This document shows, piece after piece, positions 21,301 through 30,800 of a DNA stretch of 64,000 nt. The notes below the pieces were generated by a model that worked only from the letters and a program-made list of their open reading frames with translations, was not told where the DNA came from and made no database searches. The DNA comes from Chamaesiphon sp. (GTDB lineage Bacteria; Cyanobacteriota; Cyanobacteriia; Cyanobacteriales; Chamaesiphonaceae), in assembly GCA_965246715.1 (NCBI GenBank), contig CBDFFH010000022.1, positions 111,404-175,403 of the forward strand, given 5' to 3'. Position numbers and translations under genes: made by a program. Numbering within the stretch: the first letter of the stretch is position 1; every line of letters begins with the position of its first letter.

Positions 21301-21437
21301 GTGCCAGCAGCCACAGATGTAGGCAATGGGAAATTATCGGCAGCCGTTTGGGCGCTAGCATTGAGGCTAGTGCCGCCAGATGCTAATATCAGTGCTAGAG
21401 TTACGATCGAACTACTTTGCTGTTTCATTAATAACAA
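18339..21437 (-). CDS. fusion: PstS-like periplasmic binding domain, Thr-rich linker, TM helix, Gly/Ala/Asp repeats, C-terminal DUF4912-like domain
   Basis: Signal peptide; IDGSSSM, GSDSG, IDRPETSDT, IGY and YPFSQPL (PBP fold); TM FPWWILPLLAIGGGLLWLL; C-terminal AYTHWE..LVVRLYDVTD..YLTEIGY..LARS. Confidence 0.8.
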   Translation of the reverse strand: MLLMKQQSSSIVTLALILASGGTSLNASAQTAADNFPLPTSVAAGTKVQIDGSSSMQAVNQGLKERFQKQFPGADVTIPTQYQGSDSGIKAVETNKADLAGIGRPLTKTEKAQGLAAKTIGRSKIAIIVKDTNPYKGNLTLKDFAKIYRGEVTDWSQLPSANGAKGKIKVIDRPETSDTRRAFANYPVFQNGKLRTGSNAQKLTEDSTQAVVDKLGEDGIGYAPADQIKNIPGIRAVTLHSTQPDNPKYPFSQPLAYAYKNQGGKVSDGAKAFLGYVSDTSGQTAVKEAIAAGAVATTPNTTTTTTTGTEATSTTPPTTGAGTSTTGTTGTETTGTIPTTTPSSEPAATTTTTTNTTTTAGKGGFPWWILPLLAIGGGLLWLLGRKKPTEEPPRSAVTTTPEQPPGLKPLYPPPPSRTSRGDGLSGDLSGDLSSGLGGFRPADDLRSGDLRSGDLSGTLPPRPNLNTPNVNFNGVVDSVKDKANDINLAGGAAIAGGAAAAAAIGKGMFDRANEPVGELHPPEIATPDLSNPLEGLTDKSSNLLPNLDLKNPLDGVRDKVGDAIADGGANAAALGGAALAGGAALAGGAGNAVGNLFGGYDQPESADLSLETPDDADLLAGGIQSQPEELIPDGNVDFSSFEGIGDLLPEGTSNNPLDKVGDFFKDGGAAATAAGGAAIAGGAALAGGAGQSVSNFFGGQTAEDISEGLWLEEPGDSANPDPFNLSNPLDSVKDKAGELQDKAADLMPEGINFDLDSDPFGDLTDKAGDFFTGSGAAVGAAGAATIAGGAALFGGNKSEISELESRNPELDTFDRDLEAIDFDSLDDDPFAGLSDLLGEETGDIEKDNQKPDPSGFFDTLTEKSTGFLDDAKGMGGAALAGGGAALAGGAAAAAGAGQAFQSFFAGIDPAAVDRSGELSGNLYSEGQITLVSANPTQAYTHWEIPVRLKRQLREQGGQKLVVRLYDVTDVDPNVELPTTFQEFECNDSAWDLELPIAQSERRYLTEIGYVTGTGSWLMLARSAPLWIRTNPS

Positions 21438-21775
21438 CTAGTTTTGATGAGTATTGTAATTAACAATAGCTTAGATATCCGTTATCTGAATAGATACCCA
21501 ACAATCGACTAAGTAAAGCCGATGTATAGTAAATAACAGAAAATGAGCTAATGATGGACTTAGTTAGATCTAGACTAAACTGGCGGGCAAATCTAAATTA
21601 ATAATAATATTGATTTATCTAGATTTTAAACATATGTTTTTAGAAGTGCCGGACAGCAGTGTAGTTAAATCCTAACCGATCTTTGCAGCGCGATCGATTT
21701 AAATGTTACATTTCCGTTAAGATACGATCGAATAATAAACATTTCTGTGCCTTTGATTACTAAGCTATTAGTTAA

Positions 21776-23722
21776 ATGAGCGATACCCGCCGGAAATCAC
21801 AGCAATTTGGAGTGCGATCGACACGATCGGCAAGCGATTTCCGAAAACAGCGGCAATCAGCGCTTCGAGATCGATCGACCGATCGCGCTCTGGTGAAGCA
21901 TCGGTTAATTACCATCTGGATCGTTTTGGGGTTAGGGGCGCTGGGTTTGGTCGCGAGACTGATCTGGTTGCAAGTCATTGATGCACCAAACTTACAGCAA
22001 CGAGCGCGCATGCAACAGAGTACGATCGAGCGACCCTTTGTCCCTCGCCGGACGATCGTCGATCGATCTGGCAATCAACTGGCGATCGATCGGCCCAGTT
22101 ATACGCTCTATGCTCATCCCATCCAATTTAGCGAATTAGAGCGCATCAAACGTCCGGGCAAAAAAACTGAAACTAAAATCAAGAAAGTATTGCCAACAGA
22201 TCTGGCTGGGCGACTAGCACCCATCTTGGGTGTCGAGCCAGCTACCTTAATCGCCAAATTTCAACATCAGCAAACGGGAGTTGCGCTAGGTAAGGGGCTG
22301 CGGGAAGATATCGCCAGTCGGATTCGTGCCTTAAAAGTCGATGGTCTGGAGCTGAGCCAAGGTGAGAGCGACTACACCCGCCTTTATCCCCAAGATAATA
22401 TGGCAGCGGAGGTATTGGGCTATCTCGATGGCGAGCGAATTGCCAGAGCTGGAGTAGAATATAGCCAATCGCTGCTATTAAAACGTAAAGTTAGGGAATT
22501 TAAGCTGACACAGACCGCCAAGGGTGCAATTTTACCCGATGGTGTCACGCCAGATTTTTTACATACCGACGACCTCAATCTCAAGCTGACGATCGATCTC
22601 CGCCTCCAACGCGCTGCCAGACAAGCTCTCCGTCTCAAAATGGACGAATGGCACGCCCAAAGAGGTACGGTCATCATTATGGAAGCAGAGACAGGTGCGA
22701 TCCGTTCGCTAGTGGTCGAACCCACCTACGATCCCAATAATGTCGCTAAATCTCTCGCACGATATGCCAAGCTCGTCGGATCGGAAAAGTCGCTGAGTTT
22801 GCTACAGAATTGGGCGGTCTGGGATATTTACGAACCTGGATCGACCTTCAAGCCGATCGCCGTTGCGATCGCCTTAGAAAATGGGATGATCGAGCCAACG
22901 AGCACATTTTATGATGGCGGTCTGATTGTGGTCAACCACAAGCCGATTCGCAATGCCGATCTCAATCAAAATGGTCTAATCGATGTCGCCCAAGTCTTAC
23001 AACGTTCCAGCAACGTAGGGATGGTCAAAATGATGCAACGGTTGAAGCCAGATATTTTTTATAATTGGTTGCAGCGCATCGGGCTAGGCCAAAAATCCGG
23101 CATCGATCTTCCCTCAGAATCCCGAGGCTCGCTTGTCAGTCGCAAAGAGTTCGTGCGCGACCCGATTTATCCGGCGAATACTGCTTTCGGACAGGGGATT
23201 TCGATTACCCCAATTCAACTGACAACCCTAATCGGTAGTCTTGCCAATGGGGGTAAATTAGTCACGCCTTATGTGGTTGACGGATTGTATGATAGTGCGG
23301 GAGTACGCACAGACAAACCGACCCATCCCGAACCCAGTCAAATTTTTACGCCAAAGATCGCCAAAACTGTCCTCGAAATGATGGAAACTGTTGTTACCAG
23401 AGGTTCTGGAGACAAAGCCCAAATTCCAGGTTATCGGATTGCTGGCAAAACCGGAACCTCTCAGAAAGCGATTAAAGGTGGCTATGGTAAGGAAAAAATC
23501 ACCAGTTTTGTTGGTATTTTACCTGTAGATGCAGAACATCATTATGTGGTGTTGGCTGCTGTAGACGAACCCAAAAAGCCTGGTGACAGAGCTTTTGGGA
23601 GTAATGTTGCCGCACCAATTGTCAAGTCCGTCATGGAAGCGTTAATCTCGATCGATGGCATCGCCCCTAGTACGCCGAGTAACCCATTTATTTCAGGCGA
23701 AGTCAACCTCGATCTTGAATAA
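21776..23722 (+). CDS. ftsI: class B penicillin-binding protein (FtsI/PBP3-like)
   Basis: N-terminal TM, RRTIVDR, EPGSTFK (SxxK), SSNVG (SxN) and AGKTGT (KTG). Confidence 0.88.
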   Translation: MSDTRRKSQQFGVRSTRSASDFRKQRQSALRDRSTDRALVKHRLITIWIVLGLGALGLVARLIWLQVIDAPNLQQRARMQQSTIERPFVPRRTIVDRSGNQLAIDRPSYTLYAHPIQFSELERIKRPGKKTETKIKKVLPTDLAGRLAPILGVEPATLIAKFQHQQTGVALGKGLREDIASRIRALKVDGLELSQGESDYTRLYPQDNMAAEVLGYLDGERIARAGVEYSQSLLLKRKVREFKLTQTAKGAILPDGVTPDFLHTDDLNLKLTIDLRLQRAARQALRLKMDEWHAQRGTVIIMEAETGAIRSLVVEPTYDPNNVAKSLARYAKLVGSEKSLSLLQNWAVWDIYEPGSTFKPIAVAIALENGMIEPTSTFYDGGLIVVNHKPIRNADLNQNGLIDVAQVLQRSSNVGMVKMMQRLKPDIFYNWLQRIGLGQKSGIDLPSESRGSLVSRKEFVRDPIYPANTAFGQGISITPIQLTTLIGSLANGGKLVTPYVVDGLYDSAGVRTDKPTHPEPSQIFTPKIAKTVLEMMETVVTRGSGDKAQIPGYRIAGKTGTSQKAIKGGYGKEKITSFVGILPVDAEHHYVVLAAVDEPKKPGDRAFGSNVAAPIVKSVMEALISIDGIAPSTPSNPFISGEVNLDLE

Positions 23723-23804
23723 ATTCTGGTGGTGCTGAAATTAGGGTGAAAGGGGAAAGCTCGGAGGGCGATCGATGCCTACCCTCCAGATCTGCACCGC
23801 TGCA

Positions 23805-24689
23805 CTAATACCCAATATCCAGTGTCACAGCAGCTTCTACTTGCTGTTCCCCACCAACGATCGGTGTAGTGGATTGGGCATCGGCCATCTTAGTAAATGT
23901 ACCTTGACTTACCATTGGGAGTGGCATAGGAGTGGAGTTGCTATTAATTTGAATGCCGATGACTTCTTTACGTTTCAGATTGAGAGTTTCTAGCACTGCA
24001 TCGGCTTGACGTTGAGCATCTTGAGTAGCTTGTTTGAGTGCTTGAATTTGGGCATTAGCGATCGCGCGATCTGCTGCGACGAAGCTGACACTATCGATCC
24101 GCGTCGCGCCACTTTTGACAGCAGCATCCAGGATCGCACCCGCTCGATCGGTTGTCACCCGAAAACTAATGCTATTGGTGGCGGTATAGCCAGTAATTTG
24201 TGGCGTACCCTTGGGGGGATAAATATAGGTGGGATTGAGATTGATACCTGTTGTTTGCAGTTTTTCAACCTGTTGGGTTTTTAAATACTCCACCACCCGC
24301 GACGAGCGCTTAGCCGCTTCTTGCTGAGCGTTCGTCGGCGTTTTTGCTTGAACTTCGATCGCCAGGCGGACTAGACTGAGTGTTGTCGGAATGGAAACGA
24401 TCCCTCGGCCGCTAGCTGTCAGCGTCCGTGCTGGCTTGCGCTCTTGGGCGATCGCGGGAGCTATGCCAGCCAGGACGATCCAACCAGTTACCAATAAGAT
24501 TGCCAAAGCTGGTTGGCGATCGGTGCGAGCCACAGCCGCCTGTCGGAGGTGTGCTCCAGAGGCTGTCAGTGCCAATGAGTCGAACCAATTGGAAATAGCT
24601 AAATACTGTTGAGAAGCGCTCCGCTTGCGTTGCTGCATGTCGAGCCAGATCTTATGAATTCTAGTCATTTGCGAAACTTTAGTTACCAC
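23805..24689 (-). CDS. SIMPL (DUF541) domain protein
   Basis: RTLTASGRG, LNPTY, GYTATN, GATRIDSVSF and GEQQVEAAV motifs. The true start is probably downstream of 24689, near the signal peptide. Confidence 0.85.
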   Translation of the reverse strand: MVTKVSQMTRIHKIWLDMQQRKRSASQQYLAISNWFDSLALTASGAHLRQAAVARTDRQPALAILLVTGWIVLAGIAPAIAQERKPARTLTASGRGIVSIPTTLSLVRLAIEVQAKTPTNAQQEAAKRSSRVVEYLKTQQVEKLQTTGINLNPTYIYPPKGTPQITGYTATNSISFRVTTDRAGAILDAAVKSGATRIDSVSFVAADRAIANAQIQALKQATQDAQRQADAVLETLNLKRKEVIGIQINSNSTPMPLPMVSQGTFTKMADAQSTTPIVGGEQQVEAAVTLDIGY

Positions 24690-25091
24690 TTATCATTACT
24701 AGTCTTGACTGCGGGCGATCTCAACATGTTTCCAATCTTCACCAATAATGTGTAGCTAACAACTCGATTGCGATCGAGTGAGAATTTTTCCGTACGGCGC
24801 TTCTACCTTGTCTGACACCGATCGAATTAGTGTTTAGATCGCCATTCTCTTGGGCATATTAAATACAGGAGACAGATAATCTGTCTCCGTAAAAATTTAC
24901 GTGTATTTCTGCCTTCCTAAAGACAGCGTTCAGACGCAACTGTCGAGCGTCTCACCACCCATTCAGCCAGATAAAAGCGTTCTCCTCTCTATGCTTCCAC
25001 CCACAGTAAGTGAATGTTGGCAAGCGCCATCGAGCATCATCATGCCCAAATGTGCGCTCTCGATCGGATTAGTTAAAATATATCTATACCA

Positions 25092-26183
25092 ATGATGACT
25101 AGAGTTGTTGAAGCATTAAAAGATATCATCCAACAAGAACTATCGGGACAGTTGATTGTAAGAGACTCCCTTGATGCTTCACTGGCTTGGGAAGCTTACT
25201 TTGGCAATGGTAAGATCCATTTTGCAACTAGTACATTAGGCCAAAGAGAGCGGTTAATTTACTTAACAAAACATCATCATCCTGACTTTAAATTAAGCGA
25301 ATTTACTATCGGTCAATCTGATTATCAATTTATCTGTCATCAGTGGCAATCGGGTAAATTATCGCTTCAAGAAGTTCGTCAATTAGCTTTTACGAGTACG
25401 CAAGAAGCTTTCGTCCATATTATGGCGATTGGCAATGCTGAGATGGAATTCAATCTCGATGCTAACTTAGATGTGCTGATTTTATCAGCTTCAGCTCAAC
25501 AAATAATTAACCCAGTTAAAAAGCTGATCTGGAAATGGCAAAAAATTCGCCCGCATGTCACATCACCATTGGTGAGAGTATATCTATCTAATATTGATAG
25601 TTTGTATCAGCTCTTATGGCAACAGTTACAAAGCACTAAGGCGATCGAGTCTTACCAAGCCGCACTCACCCAAAATCTCTGCTTATATAGTACGGCAAGT
25701 CAATTAAATATCGATGTTCAACGGCTGAGCGAGATGTTACTACCATTGATCCAAAACCGCAGTGCTCAGATTTCTAGTTATGGTAGCAAACAAGATGAAG
25801 TCCGCCCGTTAATTGCCTGTATCGATGACAGTCAGACGATCCAAAATAGCGTTAGGCTAACTTTGGAATCGCAAGGATATGAAGTAATCAGTTTCCTAAA
25901 ACCCGCTCAGGCGATGACTAAACTGATCCGCAGACATCCGATGCTGATTTTGATGGACATTAACATGCCAGAAATTAATGGCTATGAACTTTGCCAACTG
26001 CTGCGCCGCTCGCCAAATTTCAAACATACACCAATTATTATGGTCAGCAGTCGCGACGGTTTTTTCGATCGACTCAAATCAAAAATGATTGGTGCTAATG
26101 ACTATATTAATAAGCCGTTTACGCCAACAGAGTTAATTAACTTGGTAAATAAATATGTTTCTCAAGCCTTAGTAAATATCTAA
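25092..26183 (+). CDS. PatA-family response regulator (PATAN-like N-terminus plus receiver domain)
   Basis: N-terminal SGQL..W..YFGNGKIHFA; C-terminal receiver with IACIDDS, LMDINMP and YINKPF. Confidence 0.88.
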   Translation: MMTRVVEALKDIIQQELSGQLIVRDSLDASLAWEAYFGNGKIHFATSTLGQRERLIYLTKHHHPDFKLSEFTIGQSDYQFICHQWQSGKLSLQEVRQLAFTSTQEAFVHIMAIGNAEMEFNLDANLDVLILSASAQQIINPVKKLIWKWQKIRPHVTSPLVRVYLSNIDSLYQLLWQQLQSTKAIESYQAALTQNLCLYSTASQLNIDVQRLSEMLLPLIQNRSAQISSYGSKQDEVRPLIACIDDSQTIQNSVRLTLESQGYEVISFLKPAQAMTKLIRRHPMLILMDINMPEINGYELCQLLRRSPNFKHTPIIMVSSRDGFFDRLKSKMIGANDYINKPFTPTELINLVNKYVSQALVNI

Positions 26184-26290
26184 TCATAATTCAGAGATCG
26201 GTTGAATCGATCGCTCTGGTTTAAAATAGACATTGACCTCTCTAACTTCGGAACTAATTTTAAAAGAAGTTTGGACTTCACCAAACGGTG

Positions 26291-27217
26291 CTAAGTACTC
26301 AAGCATTGCTCGATCGTCGCAACGACAGATCTCCCCAAGGAATCAAAATCGTATCCACCTTCTAATCCAAATACAATCTTCCGTGTTAATTGCAAACAAT
26401 AATCGGTAAAGATGCCAAAGTCTTCCGGTTGCAAACAGATATTCGCTAACGGATCGTCATAATTTGCATCGTACCCTGCGCTGACGATTAATAAATCGGG
26501 ATCGAACGCTTGCAAGAACGGCATGACTTTCGATTCAAATAACGGGCGATATTCTGCGATCGTACTTCCAGCAGTCATCGGTAAATTCAGAATATTCTCA
26601 TATTCGCCAGTATCTTCGGCGCGTCCCGTCCCTGGATAATGGGGAAACTCATGTAGCGAACAGTAGGCAATCTGGGGATTTTTCGCGATTATTTCCTGGG
26701 TGCCATTACCATGATGGACATCCCAATCGAGGATCGCTACCCGTGTCGCACCATGTGCGAGGGCATATCTAGCCGCAATCGCCGCATTACTAAAGATACA
26801 AAACCCCATCCCCCCATACGTATCCGCATGGTGCCCTGGCGGACGTGCCAAGACAAATGCGGGTTCGCCTGTCGCCATCACTGTTTCTACCCCATCGAGC
26901 CAAGCATTGACGGCGAGTAAGGCAACATCGTAAGTTTGCGGTGAGACAAGAGTATCGGGATCGATCGAGCCACCACCATTTGTCGCGATCGTGCGGACTT
27001 CTTCGATATACTTAAGATCGTGAATCTTGGCGATCCAAGCTAGTGGATCTCTGGCTGTGACTGGAGTTGGCGATCGCCAATCGAGCCGATTCGCCCATCC
27101 AGACTTGGTTAATGCCGATTTTATCGCAGTCAAGCGTTCGGGCTTTTCGGGATGAAATACACCCGTTTGATGCCGGAGAAAATCATCCGAATAAATAACT
27201 GGAAACGAACTTATCAT
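26291..27217 (-). CDS. histone deacetylase-family protein
   Basis: HPEKPERL, RPPGHHA, GFCIFSN, DWDVHHGNGTQ, SAGYDA and LEGGY motifs. Confidence 0.95.
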   Translation of the reverse strand: MISSFPVIYSDDFLRHQTGVFHPEKPERLTAIKSALTKSGWANRLDWRSPTPVTARDPLAWIAKIHDLKYIEEVRTIATNGGGSIDPDTLVSPQTYDVALLAVNAWLDGVETVMATGEPAFVLARPPGHHADTYGGMGFCIFSNAAIAARYALAHGATRVAILDWDVHHGNGTQEIIAKNPQIAYCSLHEFPHYPGTGRAEDTGEYENILNLPMTAGSTIAEYRPLFESKVMPFLQAFDPDLLIVSAGYDANYDDPLANICLQPEDFGIFTDYCLQLTRKIVFGLEGGYDFDSLGRSVVATIEQCLST

Positions 27218-27328
27218 TTAAATTTTTTTTCAATTAGTCACAGCGCGATATTCGATCGATTTTCTTTGCTTCGAGCTACCCTTAGTTTAAAAGATTAGGG
27301 CGCGCTAAATCCAGCAACATCAATATTA

Positions 27329-28720
27329 GTGAGTTTGCCAGTGAAAATAGCTAACTTATTTACCAGCCTAAATAATCCGATTTTCCGACAGTTGTATGCA
27401 GCGCAAACAATTAGTCTCTTGGGTGATGCCCTAACTTGGCTGGGTTTGGCATTATTAGCATTTGAATTAGCGGGGAAATCTTCGCCGATAGTCCTTGCCA
27501 CTGCATTGACGTTACGGGTGCTCACATTTGTCGTCCTTTCCCCCTTCGCGGGGGTAATTGCGGACAGATTCGATCGCAAGCCGATCCTGATGTTGACGCA
27601 TTTAGGGCGGATGTTGCTAGTTTGTTTGCTGCCTTGGGTAAGCCAAGTGTGGCAGCTGTACGTGCTAGTGTTGGGATTAAATATTTTTAATGCCTTTTTC
27701 ACTCCCACTTATCAAGCAACGATTCCATTGGTAATGGGTAAAACAGATTATCCAGCAGCGATCGGGTTATCTAGTACCACATATCAGATTTTGGGCGTAT
27801 TTGGGCCGGGGATGGCTGGAGTACTAGCCTTATTTATCGGTGCTAGAGAGCTATTTTTCTGGGATGGTGCGAGCTTTCTGATTGCAGCGCTCCTGATTGC
27901 GCTGCTCCCTGGCACTTTACGTGTAGATCGGACAGCTGAAGATGATTCGGTAGGAAGGAGCTGGACGGATGTTCGAGCTGGAACGGTAAGATCGTGGACG
28001 GATGCGCCGATTCGGTATGGTTTGGTAATGCAATTGGTAGCAGCGATCGCTGGTGCTCAGATTTTAGTCAATACTGTCGGCTACGTGCAAGGTACGCTAC
28101 ATCAGACAGCGGCAGAATACGGTTGGGTGATGATGGGTTTCGGTTTGGGGGCTACCTGTGGCACACTTGCCCTCGGTACTTATCCCCAATTTCGATCGAA
28201 AATCGCGACTCTCCTCGGTGGTGGCTTGCTGATTACGTTGGCATTGCTCCCCGCCAACTACATCGGTTTGGTACCTTTGATTTTACTCTGGTCGATCGCC
28301 GGATTCGGGCAAAGTTTAATTAACCTATCGCTGCAGACGTTAATTGCCGATCGAACCCCGACAGACCTCCAGGGGCGTGTTTACGGAGCGCATTTTGCGT
28401 GGAGTCATTTGTGGTGGGCGGGAGCTTATCCGTTGGCTGGCTGGCTGGGTAGCACCTTTACAGGACAAACTTTTCTATATGGTGGGTTAGTCGGATTGGC
28501 GTTACTCGCGATCGGGCATTTTTTATTGACACCCGATCGATTCGCTCACACTCATGCAGACTTCTGGCATGTTCATCCGCATCACCATCACACCGACCAT
28601 CATCACGAACATCTAACGGATATCGATCCTCAGGAAGGCTCGCATCAACATTCACATTTGCATTCACAGTTCAGTCACGTCCATCCTTACACGGATATGA
28701 GTCACGAACATCAACCCTAA
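27329..28720 (+). CDS. MFS transporter with His-rich C-terminus (NreB/NrsD-like metal efflux)
   Basis: GVIADRFDRK MFS motif; GRVYGAHFAWSHLWW; tail HTHADFWHVHPHHHHTDHHHEH. Confidence 0.85.
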   Translation: MSLPVKIANLFTSLNNPIFRQLYAAQTISLLGDALTWLGLALLAFELAGKSSPIVLATALTLRVLTFVVLSPFAGVIADRFDRKPILMLTHLGRMLLVCLLPWVSQVWQLYVLVLGLNIFNAFFTPTYQATIPLVMGKTDYPAAIGLSSTTYQILGVFGPGMAGVLALFIGARELFFWDGASFLIAALLIALLPGTLRVDRTAEDDSVGRSWTDVRAGTVRSWTDAPIRYGLVMQLVAAIAGAQILVNTVGYVQGTLHQTAAEYGWVMMGFGLGATCGTLALGTYPQFRSKIATLLGGGLLITLALLPANYIGLVPLILLWSIAGFGQSLINLSLQTLIADRTPTDLQGRVYGAHFAWSHLWWAGAYPLAGWLGSTFTGQTFLYGGLVGLALLAIGHFLLTPDRFAHTHADFWHVHPHHHHTDHHHEHLTDIDPQEGSHQHSHLHSQFSHVHPYTDMSHEHQP

Positions 28721-28974
28721 TAAAAAAACTATCTGTCGAAGCTGTTGTCAATTCTGTAGTAATTGAATCGATCGCGATATATTCAGCTTTAATTAAAGAT
28801 AATAAATCGCTCGTTACCAAGCCACTGAATCGAGATCGGCAAAACAATGATATTAGTAAAAAATACAATCGTTTGGTACTATATATGTGAAACATCCCAA
28901 CTCGATCGCGAGTTCGGCAAATATCAAAAGATAAATATTCCAGTACCACAACTGGAAGATCGGCTAACGTCTGG

Positions 28975-29244
28975 CTATTCGATCGCAACCCCAAATCGCG
29001 CTGCTAAATCGGTATAACCGCCCACCCGTTCGGCACCAAAGAAAACTTGTGGCGTAGTTGCAACTTGGTATTTTGCCTTAAATTCATCTACTTCAGCTCG
29101 CGATCGTAATTTAAGATCTTCAAATGGGATATGGTTGTCTTGCAGCAATTTTACCGCTCGCAATCCCCAGGGACACTCATGCTCGGGCGTGGATATGCGG
29201 TAGACTTTAATCTGTTGTTGACGAGCTAAATCGATTGCGTTCAT
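28975..29244 (-). CDS. small glutaredoxin-like protein
   Basis: HECPWG, TTPQVF and VGGYTDL motifs. Confidence 0.8.
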   Translation of the reverse strand: MNAIDLARQQQIKVYRISTPEHECPWGLRAVKLLQDNHIPFEDLKLRSRAEVDEFKAKYQVATTPQVFFGAERVGGYTDLAARFGVAIE

Positions 29245-29337
29245 CGGATACCTCTGCGGAAAATATAAATAATATTCCTAATAATATCTATTATCATATA
29301 ATCAGATAAAAGCAGGTGAAATAGCTAAAAAATAAAA

Positions 29338-29370
29338 TTTCATCTGGTTTTCACATTACGGCGCTATGCT
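29338..29370 (+). promoter_or_regulatory. putative OmpR/CopR-type direct-repeat box plus -10 element
   Basis: TTTCAT-ctggt-TTTCAC (11-bp period) followed by TATGCT, upstream of a CopM-like gene. Confidence 0.5.
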
Positions 29371-29430
29371 AAAGAATATTCCTCAGTTAGAGATTACCCC
29401 GATCGGAAATACCTCGATCTTCCCAACCTT

Positions 29431-30150
29431 ATGATAAATCCTAAAACTCAGTTATTTGCCATCACCACCGTTGCTACTGCCGTATTTAGCCTGGGTATCT
29501 ACAGTGTTGCTAATTCTCGATCGCCGATGGATATGAGTACCTCAATTGCCAAAGAGCAAGGGGGCATGAATCATGGCGGGATGAATCATGGCGAGATGAA
29601 TCATAACGGGATGATGAAACAGAGCGGCGGTATGACTCATAATATGGATGTTGGGCCTGCCGATGCTAACTACGATTTGCGCTTTGTGGATAGTATGATT
29701 CCGCACCATCAAGGTGCTCTAGTCATGGCTCAAGAAGTACTTGCAAAATCTAAACGTCCCGAACTAATTAAACTAGCAAAAAGTATCATCTCCGACCAAC
29801 AGCAAGAAATTACGCAGATGCAACAGTGGCGGAAACAATGGTATCCCCAATCATCAGATCTCCCAGTCATGTGGCATACCGCAATGAAGCACGAAATGCC
29901 GATGACAGCGGAACATAAAGAAATGATGCAAATGAATATGTCACTAGGTAAAGCAGATGCCCAATTCGACAAAAGATTTCTCGATGCCATGATTCCTCAT
30001 CATCAAGGAGCGGTAACTATGGCAAAAGATGCTCTCCAAAAATCTCAACGTCCCGAAATGCAGAAGTTTGCAAAAAGTGTCATCACCTCTCAACAGAAAG
30101 AGATCGACATGATGACTCAATGGCGTAATAAATGGTATGCAAAGAAATAA
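29431..30150 (+). CDS. DUF305 domain Met/His-rich metal-binding protein (CopM-like)
   Basis: Signal peptide, MNHG repeats, two MIPHHQGA motifs. Confidence 0.88.
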   Translation: MINPKTQLFAITTVATAVFSLGIYSVANSRSPMDMSTSIAKEQGGMNHGGMNHGEMNHNGMMKQSGGMTHNMDVGPADANYDLRFVDSMIPHHQGALVMAQEVLAKSKRPELIKLAKSIISDQQQEITQMQQWRKQWYPQSSDLPVMWHTAMKHEMPMTAEHKEMMQMNMSLGKADAQFDKRFLDAMIPHHQGAVTMAKDALQKSQRPEMQKFAKSVITSQQKEIDMMTQWRNKWYAKK

Positions 30151-30197
30151 ATGTTTGGGTTGGCTCTAGCCGAGTTAGACTTACACTAATCTATCTA

Positions 30198-30468
30198 ACC
30201 TGAGTTCGGGATAAGAGGAGCCTGGAGACTGAAGTCTCGGCTCATGATGCGAAGTCCGCCTGTCTTGAAAAAGTGCGGTCTTGGGGAAAACCCAAGACCG
30301 CACTTTTCGCTTCGCGGACTAAGATATTCAGTCCGCCTTCGCGGACTTCGCACTACTAGCACCGATTTGCGGTGCGCGCTCGTCGGGTTTCCCGACGTAA
30401 AAAGCGCAACAAGACACAATCGAGTGCGGTGCTAATGCGGAGCCAATATCCTTAAGCCGAACTGACGT
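30198..30468. mobile_element. MITE, type-B ends around a GTCCGC/GCGGAC palindromic core, with two ~50-nt hairpin insertions
   Basis: acctgagttcggg ... ccgaactgacgt; flanks tatcta/tagcta; insertions at 30261-30310 and 30369-30416. Confidence 0.8.
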
Positions 30469-30474
30469 TAGCTA

Positions 30475-30687
30475 ACGTCAGTTCGGCTTAAAGATGTCCA
30501 CTTAATGACTCCTAGCTTCGTTTCTGAACCGCCCTCAAATGAATTAGTTGCTCATAGCAAAAGTTCTCTGAAGAGAACTGCCCAATTGATTAGTTCGTTG
30601 AAACGAACTTTTGCTATTAGCCCGAACTTATAGTTCAGGGCGGTGCTTGAACGGAGCAGATCGATTTTCCTTATCCCGAACTCACGT
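30475..30687. mobile_element. MITE type B, target duplication TAGCTA
   Basis: acgtcagttcgg ... ccgaactcacgt with tagcta on both sides; sits directly against the preceding element. Confidence 0.88.
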
Positions 30688-30738
30688 TAGCTAACAAGTT
30701 ACTTTTGTTGAGTTTTTTTAAAACAAGATTATTGTAAA

Positions 30739-30766
30739 ATCCCGACTTCTTTAGAGAAGTCGGGAT
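30739..30766. repeat. palindromic REP-like repeat or terminator hairpin
   Basis: atcccgacttct-ttag-agaagtcgggat, downstream of galE. Confidence 0.6.
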
Positions 30767-30800
30767 CTGTCGTTATACTAACTTAGTAGCGGCGATCGAT

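Noticed and set aside
18676..21441. Numerous + strand ORFs of up to 267 aa
   Set aside because: They are antisense shadows of the low-complexity Gly/Ala/Thr-rich 1032-aa gene.
30196..30689. Clustered palindromic repeats as a CRISPR array
   Set aside because: There is no regular repeat-spacer period and no cas genes; the structure is explained by MITEs with TIRs and target duplications.
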